NCBI RefSeq assembly: GCF_006345805.1
Contig: NC_043022.1
Coordinates: forward strand, 19,778,001 to 19,842,000
Direction of reading: 5' to 3'
Length of the DNA stretch: 64,000 nt
Source: Octopus sinensis
Taxonomy: Eukaryota
The notes beneath the pieces were generated by a model. The model saw only the letters and a list, made by a program, of their open reading frames with translations. It had not been told where the DNA came from and searched no databases. This document shows, piece after piece, positions 13,259 through 26,215 of the stretch. The translations under genes were made by a program, and so were the position numbers. How positions within the stretch are numbered: the first letter of the stretch is position 1; every line of letters begins with the position of its first letter.

Positions 13259-14217
13259 TTTGCTTTCTTCTTTCTTATTTGTGTGTCTCTCCTTACTAAC
13301 GGTCAGTCATTTTGTATTTTGTATTCCTGTTGTATGTGTCTTCATTTGCGCATGCGTATACCTCTATGTGTGTCTATGTTTAGTTAATGTGTGTGTGGGG
13401 GGGAAGTGTCTGTGATATTTGTATCTCCTGTTTATATACGTTCGTGTAATTTGTTTTTTGTCTTTGTTTTTGTTTATTTTTATTTTGTTCATGTGTTTAC
13501 ACCTACTTATTATAATCTTTGTGTTCTTTTATATTTTCTGGGGGTTTTTTTGTGTGTTCTTTAATAATTTTGTAGACACCGATTGAGAGAGACTTGGCTA
13601 TGTTTCCAGCAAATCAAACGACTGTGTATAAGATAGGCGAGAAAAATATTTAATGATAAAATAAAGAGGAAAGAACACAAAATTGGAAATGAGATGAACG
13701 TGTGAAATATTCGGAGACGAGACCAGTACCGAGAGAAAAACCAGAACAAGAAGCCATCACACTTCCATAGAATCTGTTAGATATCACAATAATAGTAAAT
13801 GTGAAGTCGGAAAGGAATGTGTGTGTGTGTGTGTGTGTGTGTATTCAGATACATGCATACACTGTTATGCAATTTTTCTATTAATATATGTACCTCTCTC
13901 GCATTGTATGTGTGTATGCAGATATGTATGTATGCGTGCGTACGTGTGAGTGTATGTATATATGTGCGTATGTGCGTATGTATATGTGTGTATGTATGTA
14001 TATACATGTGTGCGTAAGTGTATATATATATATACTCACACACTCAATCAAAGGTATACACGTTTATACCGCGTTTCTATTTAATCTATGCATCTATCTC
14101 ATATTGTATGTATATTCATGTGTCTGTGTTGACATGCATGTATGTTTGTAGGTAGGTAGGTATATGCTCAACATATGCATATGCATATTCATATATAATA
14201 TATATATATATATGGTA

Positions 14218-14292
<75 letters not shown>

Positions 14293-14754
14293 ATTGATAT
14301 ATACAATATATACATACATATAATTATATACACACATGATACATATAATTCTTCTGAAGCAGGAAAACTTTTACAAAGCGTAATTCTACGTTTCACGTTA
14401 ACGATTTTGGAACATAATGAAATATTTTTGGTACAATACACATTTTTAGCAAGAATTTATCGTTGCAAGAATTTGCCTTCAAATAGATTTCTAGTTCTTA
14501 TTGGATGAAGGAATCTTATGTCATGAAAATTGAAGAAAACCGTTGACTGAATGATGCTGTCATTATCGGAGTTCATTCGAACATAACCAGCGAATTAATT
14601 TAATTATTAAAATATGGTATTATGCTGGAATTCACTTGGATCAAACGAAAGTTTTCAGAAATACCAATTTATATATCCGGTAGTGAAATAAACTTTTTTT
14701 TCAGAGAAAATATGTCTGACGATATAGAATTTAACTATGCCGGTCCCAAACCCG

Positions 14755-15145
14755 GTCTACTCTGACCTGGAGTAGTGGAATCTGTCAGAATCTCAAGTAT
14801 GGGTTAATTAACCCATCACGGAATCAACTTCGGGGGAAAGTCGCTCACAGACTCCCCAACTGACCCAGGGCAGACGAAGGCCTCCAGCTCTTTAGCTGCT
14901 CATCTGTGTCCTGGGTATGACTTTAAAGTGCATCCGATAGTGGAGCTCTGGTTCGGAAGTTCCAGGGTTTTTGAAGAGTGTGTAGCCAACTCTTGCCCAC
15001 TATTGTTCACTCTGACCTGAAGTAGTAGCGCCTCGCAGGGCCCCAGCTAAGGGTTAACTGGGACATCACAGAGTTACCTTCACAAAGAACTAACTCAAAT
15101 AAAGACAGGGTAGATGAAACCCTTCAGCTATTTAGCTACCCATCA
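14755..15145 (+). repeat. Diverged tandem pair, ~250-bp period, of a dispersed repeat
   Basis: 'actctgacctg(g/a)agtagt...gggttaa...catcac...cagggyagaygaa...cagct(c/a)tttagct' occurs at about 14759 and 15009. A related fragment lies at 52705. Confidence 0.6.
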
Positions 15146-15321
15146 AAGAGAAGGTACCTCCATACAAGTCCTGGACCCTGATAAGTACTAGTTTTGTGGC
15201 GTTTGTTGCACCAGACCAGTATAAATCTAAAGGAAAAGCGGTTGAGACTGGCTCTCCACAAACCACGCTCGGTAAAATACTATTTATCGTGCAGGTTATT
15301 CAGCGAATTAAGACACCAACT

Positions 15322-15662
15322 GTGAAGGCGCATGGCTCAGTGGTTAGAGTGTCCAGCTTACGATCGTGAGGTTGGAAGTTCGATTCCCGGACCGGGCTTC
15401 GTGTTCTGTTCTTGAGCAAGACACTTTATTTTACGTTGCTCCAGTTCACTCAGCTGTAGAAATGCGTTGCAACGCCACTGGAGCCAAGCTGTATCGGCTT
15501 TTGCCTTTTCTTTTGGATAACATCGGTGATGTGCTGAGGGGAGGCTGGTATGCATGGGTGACTGCTGGTTTTCCACAAACAACTTTACCCGGACTTGTGC
15601 CTCAAAGGATAACTTTCTAGGTGCAACCCCACGGTCATTCATGCCCGAAGGGGGTCTCCTTC
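15322..15662 (+). mobile_element. tRNA-derived SINE (B-type head, alternative tail) with 13-bp TSD
   Basis: TSD TAAGACACCAACT at 15309-15321 and 15663-15675. A-box TGGCTCAGTGG and B-box GTTCGATTCCC. Confidence 0.9.
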
Positions 15663-15937
15663 TAAGACACCAACTCTGTTCCTGAACCCACATTTATCGA
15701 AGCGATGAGTTTACCACTCAATTTACTTCAGTTTCTTGCGAATAATATGCCTAAAATGTTTGCACTTATAAAAGAAAGGTCCATAGATCTTTGTCCCCAA
15801 CGATCCTGAATGTGGCTATAACAAAGGGGTTTTATAATGTGCGTGTTTCCTTCCACCGTAAGAACAGATGGTAGGTCGGACATGTTAAAATATTTGAGAT
15901 AGTATTTTTCTTTTTCACTCCTCAAGTAGATTCTGTT

Positions 15938-16465
15938 GCTGATGATGGTGATGATGATGGTAAGGAGGAGAAGGAGGAGGAGGGAGAAGATGGGAAGGGG
16001 AAGCAGGATGATGATGATGAAGAGAAGGAAGGGATGGAAGAGGTGGTGGAGGAGGAAGAAGTGGTAGCGGATGAGGAAGATAATGACGATAATGATGGTG
16101 ATGATGATGGTAAGGAGGAGAAGGAGGAGGATGGAGAAGATGGGAAGGGGAAGCAGGATGATGATGAGGAGGAGGAGGAAGGGATGGAAGAGGTGGTGGA
16201 GCAGGAAGGGATGGAAGAGGTGGTGGAGGAGGAAGTTGTAGCGGATGAGGAAGATAATGACGATGATGATGGTGATGATGATGGTAAGGAGGAGAAGGAG
16301 GAGGATGGAGAAAATGGGAAGGGGAAGCAGGATGATGATGATGATGAGAAGGAGGAGGAGGGGGAAAGGATAGAAGAGGTGGTGGAGGAGGAAGAAGTGG
16401 TAGCGGATGAGGAAGATGATGACGATGATGATGGTGATGATGATAAAGACGATGATGAGGATGAA
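15938..16465. repeat. Minisatellite built from GAT/GGA triplets, ~3.3 units of 150-174 bp
   Basis: The anchor 'ggtaaggaggagaagg' recurs at about 15959, 16109 and 16283. Confidence 0.85.
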
Positions 16466-16791
16466 CCTGAGGGCAAGTGGCAGTGACACCTCTGCGTCCC
16501 CGCTGCCTCACCATCAACTACCACCATACAGCGTTCAACGTTTTTGCGGTAACTAGGTACTCTACAAAGATATTCAATTTTTATTGGTTCACTGTTGTGT
16601 TTCTCTTCACGTGATTCTGTACACATAGAGTAAAAGAAGATTGTTATTTTCACGCAGAGGAGGGAGGGCGGAAAGAGAGGGAGGATTCGAGAAATTTGTA
16701 TCGAAACACACCTCAATTCATAACATGGAAATCAGCATCCGTGTGTGTATGTATACGTGTATGTGCGTACGCACGAATGTGTGTATGTATG

Positions 16792-16824
<33 letters not shown>

Positions 16825-16902
16825 ATATGTATGTATGTATATTTGTATGTATGTACGTATGTTCGTATGTATGTGTGTGTATGTGTATGTATATATATAT
16901 AT

Positions 16903-16948
<46 letters not shown>

Positions 16949-17947
16949 ATGCATATATGCATATGTATATGGACGTATATGCAAATATATAAACAAATAT
17001 GTGCACAGACAAGCACACACATACACACACATATATACATATATATTTGTGTGTGTGTGAATGTGAGTGTCCATATATATAAACCTACATATGTATATGC
17101 GTATTTACATATGTATTTATACATATACATACATACATACATACATTAACATACATACATACAATAACATACATACATACATACTACATACATACATACA
17201 TACATACATACATACATACATACATACATACATACATTCATACATATATGCATGTACGCACGCATATAGGTTCAGGAAACAAAATGGAAGCAGAATATAA
17301 GTGAAATCAAACAAAATGAGATTCCTGGAGGTGTGACATTAACAATGTTTTATATGCTGCTACTGTTGCTACCGTTGCTACTGTTGTTGTTGCTTCTGAT
17401 TCTGCTGATGCTGTTCTGTATATTTGTATGAAAGAAGAATAACGATGTGAAGGATGTAGAGGGTTGGTATGGATCTCATACGAACAATTAAATTGCGTGC
17501 AATACAAACAGCAGAAAGAAACAGGAATCAGATCAGAAGAAAAGAAAAGTAATATTAAATTTTGTTTTTTAAGGCAACATCTTGAGCAGCAAGGATAATT
17601 ATGAAAGATTGAATTGAAGAAAAAAATGTAAAGAAGGGGAAACGCAGACGACACCATTGCGTGAAGAACAAATAAAACTGGAGAACGAAGCTGGAGAACG
17701 TTGAGAGAACGATGTGTTGTAAACTGGTTCGATTCTCGGTACAGAAACATGGCGCACGATCCTGGACCGGATGATGTGTTGCGTTCTTGAGCAAGGCACT
17801 TCATTTCACATTACTACAACCCGCTCGCTGTAAATGAGCAGCCGTTTAAACACTGACGAATGTCGTGATTTGATCCCTTCAATGGCATAAATATTGGATA
17901 ACCTTCCTTATGAGTCCTAGATGTCAACACAGTAACGTCCAGGGGTT

Positions 17948-18094
17948 GATGATGATGATGATGATGATGATGGCGAAGATGATGATGACGACGATGTTGA
18001 TGACAATGATGGCAAGGACGATGACGAAGATGATGATGTTGCTGATGATGATGAAGGTAGTTGTAGTAGTGGTGGTGGTGGAGGTGGTGATGGA

Positions 18095-18132
<38 letters not shown>

Positions 18133-18221
18133 CGATGATGATCATGATGATGATGATGATGACGATGATGATGATGATGATGATGATGATGACGATGATG
18201 ATGATGATGATGATGATGATG
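17948..18221. repeat. (GAT)n microsatellite
   Basis: Directly visible. Confidence 0.95.
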
Positions 18222-18552
18222 GAAATTGACATCTTACATAAGGAAATATTGCTTCGTATTAAAAACATTTCTGCGACTGTCCAGTGACGTAAACCATACA
18301 TTAGATCAGAGAATAAATAGAAAAACAGCACTAGAAGAAACCTTGGCACGTAGCCATATTGGAGATAAAGTTGGCTGGTGGTCCATAGCACTTTGCAACC
18401 AAGCACTGACAAATAAAGAGAGACACAGATGGAGATAGAGAGAGAATGAGGGTGAGAGAGAGAGAGAGAGACAGAGAGAGAGATAAACAAAGACAAAGCT
18501 AGCTAGCTAGCAATGTAGATAAGTAGACAAACAGACAGATAGATATATAAAC

Positions 18553-18617
<65 letters not shown>

Positions 18618-18622
18618 TATAG

Positions 18623-18653
<31 letters not shown>

Positions 18654-18662
18654 GATAGATAG

Positions 18663-18786
<124 letters not shown>

Positions 18787-18916
18787 GCATACACACAAAG
18801 GAACATACACATACATGTGTATGCTCAGATAAATGCATGCATACACCGTTGCAAACATACACACACACACACACAATATATATATATATAAATCGAGAGA
18901 GAGAGAGAGAGAGAGA

Positions 18917-19110
18917 GATTGAGAAATTCGATTTGGAATGGAAAATTCTATCGAGATCCTTCCCATATGACAAAGGTAAATATTTTTGTCCGCTCTGTAA
19001 CCAAGAACAATTTCTTATCCTTTTCACGGAGAATACATTTGTGGTGCACCTGAGCACCTGGCGTTTATCGTTGTAAACATTGGCAAAAACATACCTTTAG
19101 TTCCTGTAAT
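18917..19110 (+). pseudogene. PLE GIY-YIG endonuclease C-terminal fragment
   Basis: FDLEWKILSRSFPYDKGKYFCPLCNQEQFLIL resembles the PLE motif IxWxIL...PY...CxLCxxEKxxIL. Confidence 0.75.
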
Positions 19111-19560
19111 TAATTTCTACCAATCTATAAAATTCGACCTTTAGCTGTCTTCTTACATTTCATCTTCAGTACATATATCTATTTCTACGCTTTTAAACGT
19201 TATTCCCATTCATTTATCACACCATATTTTCCCAATCTTAATTTTCTGCTAATTTCTTTCTTTCTCCTCCTTGTCTTTCTCTATTTTACCTTTGACGTTA
19301 AATCTATTAACGGTTTATTAAAAAACATAACTTGCTAGCGTTCACCTTCATCATATAATTATATACATGGTAATTATATTCGGTTAAAATGGCTTATTGA
19401 TGTGTTTTGTTTCTCTTTTTTTTCCCCTGGCGAGATGATTACATTGTTTTACATCATTTTTATTCCCTCCGAAATAATTTCAATGCTTTCTTCGAAACAT
19501 ATGTTGGAAGTATAAATTATTTGAATAACACCTGCGTATGACTCCATTTCCTAATTTAAC

Positions 19561-19612
<52 letters not shown>

Positions 19613-20418
19613 ATATGTATGTATGTATGTATGTATGTATACACACACATCAATAGATAAATTCGTTTTTGTGAAACGTTTTTGAGTGCGCTCATAAAAA
19701 GCTCCTATGCTATTTATTCCGACTAGTGCTTATTGTTCCCATCTTCCAGATTAATTTTATGGGAAGGTTATTACTCTGGTGCCACTATAGCGTAGGATGA
19801 ATATAATAATAACAGTCTTTGGGTTGGAAATTTATAAATCCGTTAATGCATAGCTACGCACGTTTCCACAAAACTCATGCTTTAGTTATTATATTCCACA
19901 TCTATAGAATATTACAAATATGATTTGCAAAATCCATGGATTTTAAGGGGAATATTAATACTTGTGTTGTTTTCTTCAGGAAAAAGTTCTATTAGTGTTC
20001 TGGATGTATGGAATGTTTAGCGAAGGGATATTTACCAGTTGCACCAATCAGAAGGATCAGGAGGGTTTATGGACGGTTCCTGTGATTATTTTGACTTATC
20101 ATACAGATAGATATCTAAAAAGAATATGGGAGGGTGGATATATGTAGTGCTTAGATAGATAGATAGGTAGATAGGTAGATAGATATATAGATAGATAGAC
20201 AGATAAACGATATAAATTGGAATTAACGACAATATTTAATTTTTTTGTCATTTATCTGTTTATATAAACTTTATGAATACTTTGGAATTCCTAATGTATA
20301 TCCAGTAGTAAGTGCACTACCGGTGTATGATGACACCAGGTAGCCAATAACTGTGGACAAGCTTTGAACAGCATTATACAATCTTACTTAGCTATATATG
20401 TATATACATACATACATG

Positions 20419-20473
<55 letters not shown>

Positions 20474-20593
20474 TGGCCTGCTCGCTTAGCCAGCGGGGTG
20501 GCGTCATTCAAAGGCTAAAACAATGCGAAGCGCATTGTGACCAGCGATGTGTAACAACATCTGATAGCCTGGTCGGTCACAGTGATCACGGTG

Positions 20594-20646
<53 letters not shown>

Positions 20647-20731
20647 CAGAGAGACAGAGAGACAGAGAAAGAAAGAGATGTATATGTATATTTTACATAT
20701 CTAGCTCAGATGGTTTTATTTGTTTATTTGA

Positions 20732-20788
<57 letters not shown>

Positions 20789-21009
20789 TATATATATATA
20801 TATATATATATGTATACACACACATACATATATATGTATATGTATATCTGTATGTCCGCACGTACGTATGTATGTACGTATTATATATTTCATGTTACAT
20901 TTATGTTAAACAGTTCATCAGTTTCAGCCTATGGGTTAATTCTGGTGAAGTTATCGATTGTCCCATTAAGATAACAAGAATAATAAAATAGCTTTCCTCC
21001 AGTTTAACA

Positions 21010-21610
21010 TAAATAACTGTCTTTCCACGATATATCCTTTTCTGCTGAATAAGGCTAGAAATTTTTTTTAAATCTCTAATGACAAAATTTATATATTTCT
21101 AATGACAAAATTTATATACCCTGATACCCGCGCGTTCCGTGATAATCAGTTCAATGTTGCTATGGGCTCATCTGACTCTGTTCAGGTTACTGACCTTGTA
21201 GGTCTATATATTTTATATGAACTATGCAAATTCTTCCCACATATCAGTGGAGATGACATTCAAATTACGGTTTCGAACCACGCTTCCTCGTCCTTAGAAA
21301 GATTAAGGAAGAAATTACACAGGTTTTTCAAAAACGTTAATCTAACTATCTCGTTCGGAAATTGGAAATACTACTGTTAATTTTCTTGACCAAACCTTTG
21401 ATTAATCTGACAAACACACCGCTTCTGTCATAAGCCAAACGAGAATCTACAGTACATCCATCGATCCTTTAACCATCCATTTTCAGTTAGGAACGGCATA
21501 GTAAAGAATATATCTATTAGAATCTCTAATCTTTTCACCAACCAAATGATATTCTTAAATAATGCAGAATATTACAATGAAGTCCTCAAACGAAGTGGTT
21601 ATCAAGTGAT
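21010..21610 (+). pseudogene. PLE reverse transcriptase fragment
   Basis: FNVAMGSSDSVQVTDLVGLYIL...DD..., then after a frameshift TVNFLD...KPNENLQYIH..NHP...YNEVLKRSGY, matches the PLE RT core and thumb. The LYR of GLYRDD is deleted. Confidence 0.85.
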
Positions 21611-21879
21611 ATTTTACCACCATAGCATTAAACTTAAGGTTATTTGTACTAATAATCAGATGAGTAGAATTGACACACGAGCCACTGGCCCGATCAAACT
21701 TAGAAATGACCATAAGACGACCCACCAAGTACTAAATACGTCTGATACACCTGATAAATCTCATAAGTCTGGAGGATTAGCAATCGATACAGGTAAAAGA
21801 AGCTATAATATAAAATTAACAGAAAATGTAAACAAAGAAATAGTAGCGAAGATATATATATATATATATATATATATTA

Positions 21880-22200
21880 AAGACTCCGCCGGTTACGACG
21901 ACGAGGGTCCCAGCTGATACGATCAACGGAACAGCTTGCTCGTGAAATTAACGTGCAAATGGCTGAGCATTCCACAGACACGTGCACCCTTAACGTAGTT
22001 CTCGGGGATAATCAGCGTGACACAGAGAGTGACAAGGCTGACCCTTTGAAATACAAGTACAACTCATTTTTGCCAGCTGAGTGGACTGGAGCAACGTGAA
22101 ATAAAGTGTCTTGCTCAAGGACACAACGCGTCGCCGGGAATCGAACTCACAACCTTACGATCATGAGCCGAATGCCCAAACCACTAAGCCACGCGCCCTC

Positions 22201-22202
<2 letters not shown>
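21880..22202 (-). mobile_element. SINE family B, full length
   Basis: Minus-strand head GGCGCGTGGCTTAGTGG...GAGTTCGATTCCC with the family B tail, inserted in (TA)n. Confidence 0.9.
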
Positions 22203-22237
<35 letters not shown>

Positions 22238-22426
22238 ATACTAGACTAGACTAGACTAGACTCCACGGGATCCGTTGGGTCACCAGGAAAGTCTGAGTTC
22301 CCAGCAACGGAGTTTTGTTTCCTGTGTTATGACCGTCTTTTCCAGATTATTTCGCATGCTTTCAACGAATGTGAAAAAATCATGCTTAAACGGTCAGAAA
22401 AGGAAAGATTCTCCAGAAAAGGAAAG

Positions 22427-22521
22427 ATTTGGCTGCTATCTCTTGCACGCCCTGCTACCACGTAACATGTATTTTGGGTCCTTTATATGGTAGCAGGATG
22501 TGCTAGAAATAGCAGCCAAAT
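22427..22521. repeat. ~35-bp inverted repeat of the dispersed motif 'atttggctgctatttctagca'
   Basis: atttggctgctatctcttgcacgccctgctacca pairs with tggtagcaggatgtgctagaaatagcagccaaat. The motif also occurs at 44771, 52863 and 63010. Confidence 0.7.
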
Positions 22522-23329
22522 ATTTGGCGGTGAGATACGATGAATGCACTCGAAAAAACCTATGGAAAAAAATTATTTCACACCGAGGTTATGAACGGGT
22601 CTTTTACAAAATATTTACCGTATTTTTATAGTCATTTTCACTTTAAATATTTTTGAAATATGCCAAAAATGATTTTTGAAATGGTATCCACTTGAAAATG
22701 ATTAAAAAACATTAAAATATTGTGTGTTTAAAGAAAGCTAAAATATAAATACTTCACAAACAACTTACTATTTTGAAATCACATTCACTTAAAAATATTT
22801 CTAAATGATTAAAATGTTTAACAAAAGCGAAAATAGGAACATTTACTGTAAAAAGCAAATAGTTTTTTTTTTTCGTTGTCAAGTCACTGTGTCTTATCGA
22901 AAGGTTAGAGTTTCTTCCCTTTCAGGATGTATATATATTCGGAATACTTTCCCATTATGCACCGTTTTAGGTATTTATAGTCCGAAACACTGAATATCGC
23001 GATAACTACTGGTCCGATTTACGCGAAGCTTGTTTTATTTCGTTCGTATTAACATTTCAGGGGCAACTTGATTCATAGTATTTTCCCAACCACATGGTTC
23101 CGGGTTCAGTTCTACTACGTGGCACCTTGGGTAAGTGTCTTGTACTATACCAAGGGCCGACCAACGCCTTGTGAGTGGATTTAGTAGACGTAAACTGATT
23201 TCTTCGACTAAAGCCGGTGCCCCCCCCCCAGCATGACTGCAGTCAAGTGACTGTAACTATTAAAAGAAGAAAAGAATATATATATATAAATGTGTATGTA
23301 TGTACATATATATAAGTGAATACCAATTG

Positions 23330-23720
23330 GTGGTAAGTAGCTTGCTAACCAGCGACATGGTTCCGGGTTCAGTCCCACTGCGTGGCATCTTGGGCAAGTG
23401 TCTTCTGCTATAGCCTCGGGCCGACCAAAGCCTTGTGAGTGGATTTGGTAGACGGAAACTGAAAGAAGCCTGTCGTATATATGTATATTTATATGTGTGT
23501 GTGTGTATGTTTGTGTGTCTGTGTTTGTCCCCCTAGCATTGCTTGACAACCGATGCTGGTGTGTTTACGTCCCCGTCACTTAGCGGTTCGGCAAAAGAGA
23601 CCGATAGAATAAGTACTGGGCTTACAAAGAATAAGTCCCGGGGTCGAGTTGCTCGACTAAAGGCGGTGCTCCAGCATGGCCGCAGTCAAATGACTGAAAC
23701 ATGTAAAAGAGTAAAAGAGA
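23330..23720 (+). mobile_element. SINE family A (fragments also at 23085-23270)
   Basis: High similarity to 6838-7280. Confidence 0.9.
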
Positions 23721-23925
23721 TATCGCCATGTTGATTCGCTAGCTTCTGCACACAATTTTTTTCTCTCCTTGTTTCTTTTCTGTGTATCTCTCTGTTGAAG
23801 AGCGTAGGCTCGAAACGTAAAAGACTCGTTTTTTTTTTATATTCCTGAGCGCCATACTAATACAATTGTTTGTTTGTATTCCACCTGCCTTCGTCTTTTG
23901 TTTATTTTCATAAAGCTTCCCGTTA
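23721..23925 (+). mobile_element. PLE-type pLTR (family H1b) with hammerhead variant at 23787-23824
   Basis: TCTCT-CTGTTGA-A-GAGC gtag GCTC-GAAAC-GTA-AAAGA. Homologues lie at 29306, 42485 and 50383 on the minus strand. Confidence 0.7.
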
Positions 23926-24278
23926 TATATATGAATATGTCTATATATGAATATATCATATCTATATGAATATTTATCCGTATGCTTATATATGAATAAT
24001 ATGTGTATAAATAATTTATAGTTTACATGCAAAGTGACAAGCAATAGAGTCCAATAACAGGCATAAATAATCAGATTCATGTGTTAACGTATACGATATA
24101 AAAGTACATCTAATCCGAAGAAGAACTCTATAATAACGTAATTAAGTCAGGCTGCTCAAAGATATATGTATGTATGTATGGATGGATGTATTATGTATGT
24201 ATGTATATATACACATTCATACATATGCATGCATACATATGCATATATATATATATAGTAAACATTAAGAACAGAATT

Positions 24279-24316
<38 letters not shown>

Positions 24317-24744
24317 TGAATGTATGTTTATATATATACATTTAATTATTTGCCTTCATTTCATGTTCATGTCTCTTCCTGTAACCTGTTGTATATATAC
24401 TTATTTGTATGTATTTGTATATATACTTATTTGTATGTATTTGCACGTACTTATTTGTATGTATATGTGTGTGTGTGCAAATTTATGTATATATATATAG
24501 TGTATGTATGCTACATTGAGGGCAAATGAAATAGCTACAATCAATTCGGATATGAATATTTGCATTTTTAATGATGTGTAAATGGAAATATATATAAACA
24601 TCCAGAAGCATATTTATTATTAATATTACTATTATTATTATTATTATTAATTTTCGTGGGTAATTATTTATTCAGAAATGGACCAGTATAGTACAAACGT
24701 TTTCCAAAGCCTCTCCGACTCCCACACACGCACACACACACACA

Positions 24745-25957
24745 CACACACACATGCATACCCACAAACACACGTAAGAAAGATGAAGATGCATATGTGG
24801 ATAAATATATGTGTGTATGTATATATACATGTGTATGGACGTATGTATGTATTTAGATATGTATGTATGGAGGCGCATGACTTAGTGGTTGTGGTGTTGG
24901 ACTCGTGAGCGTAATATTGTTCTTTCGATTCCTGGACCGCCCGATATAGTGTTCTCGAACAAAACACTTGATAATATGTTGCTCCAGTTCACACGACAGA
25001 CAAAAGTAAATGTTCCAGCGACGGATCGGAGTCCCGTCCAGGAAGGTAGAGCGCATATACGCCAGAGAGTCCGTCAGTCTATACGAGTCTATATGACGCG
25101 CGAAGGAGCTTTGTCCATGTTACTTTATTTCTATACATAGGCGCAGACGTGGCTATGTGGTAAGAAGCTTGTTTCCCCACCACATGGTTTCCGATTCAGT
25201 CCTACAGCGTGACACCTTAGGTAGCTATCTAATATAGCTTCGGGATGACCAAAGTCTTGTGAGTGGATTTGGTGGACGAAAATTGAGAGAAGCCCGTTGT
25301 ATACACACACACACACAGAAACACACACACATACACACACACACACACACACACCACACACACACACATGCATACCCACAAACACACGTAAGAAAGATGA
25401 AGATGCATATGTGGATAAATATATGTGTGTATGTATATATACATGTGTATGGACGTATGTATGTATTTAGATATGTATGTATGGAGGCGCATGACTTAGT
25501 GGTTGTGGTGTTGGACTCGTGAGCGTAATATTGTTCTTTCGATTCCTGGACCGCCCGATATAGTGTTCTCGAACAAAACACTTGATAATATGTTGCTCCA
25601 GTTCACACGACAGACAAAAGTAAATGTTCCAGCGACGGATCGGAGTCCCGTCCAGGAAGGTAGAGCGCATATACGCCAGAGAGTCCGTCAGTCTATACGG
25701 GTCTATATGACGCGCGAAGGAGCTTTGTCCATGTTACTTTATTTCTATACATAGGCGCAGACGTGGCTATGTGGTAAGAAGCTTGTTTCCCCACCACATG
25801 GTTTCCGATTCAGTCCTACAGCGTGACACCTTAGGTAGCTATCTAATATAGCTTCGGGATGACCAAAGTCTTGTGAGTGGATTTGGTGGACGAAAATTGA
25901 GAGAAGCCCGTTGTATACACACACACACACAGAAACACACACACATACACACACACA

Positions 25958-25972
<15 letters not shown>
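24745..25972. repeat. Near-perfect 614-bp tandem duplication containing SINE B and SINE A fragments
   Basis: Identical ORFs at an offset of 614 (24889 and 25503). I spotted one substitution. Breakpoints lie in (CA)n. Confidence 0.9.
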
Positions 25973-26001
<29 letters not shown>

Positions 26002-26172
26002 TGTAGTGATGGTTTGTTGCCAACTGAATGTGGCAGTCCCAGGAAAGAGGAAAATGTTACTGCTTTCTAGCCCCATGAAACACCGTTTCCAGTTGGCCAC
26101 GTGACACAAGCTTTCTAGGCCCTTATATTTTCAAACATGGGAGATAAGCACCTCCACCCAACAAAGCCAGCA

Positions 26173-26215
26173 TCCAGAGACTAGTTTCAGAGTCATTGCT
26201 TATCATCAGTCTGGA
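26173..26215 (-). ncRNA. Minimal type I hammerhead ribozyme (family H3)
   Basis: TCCAGA-CTGATGA-taagcaatgactct-GAAAC-TA-GTC-TCTGGA gives a 6-bp stem I, palindromic stem III ACTAGT and a GUC site. Stem II is weak. Confidence 0.75.

Noticed and set aside
15322-15400. tRNA-like A and B boxes (also at 22130-22202, 49142 and 57750) as tRNA genes
   Set aside because: They continue into shared SINE bodies, two with clear TSDs, and no proper acceptor stem is visible.
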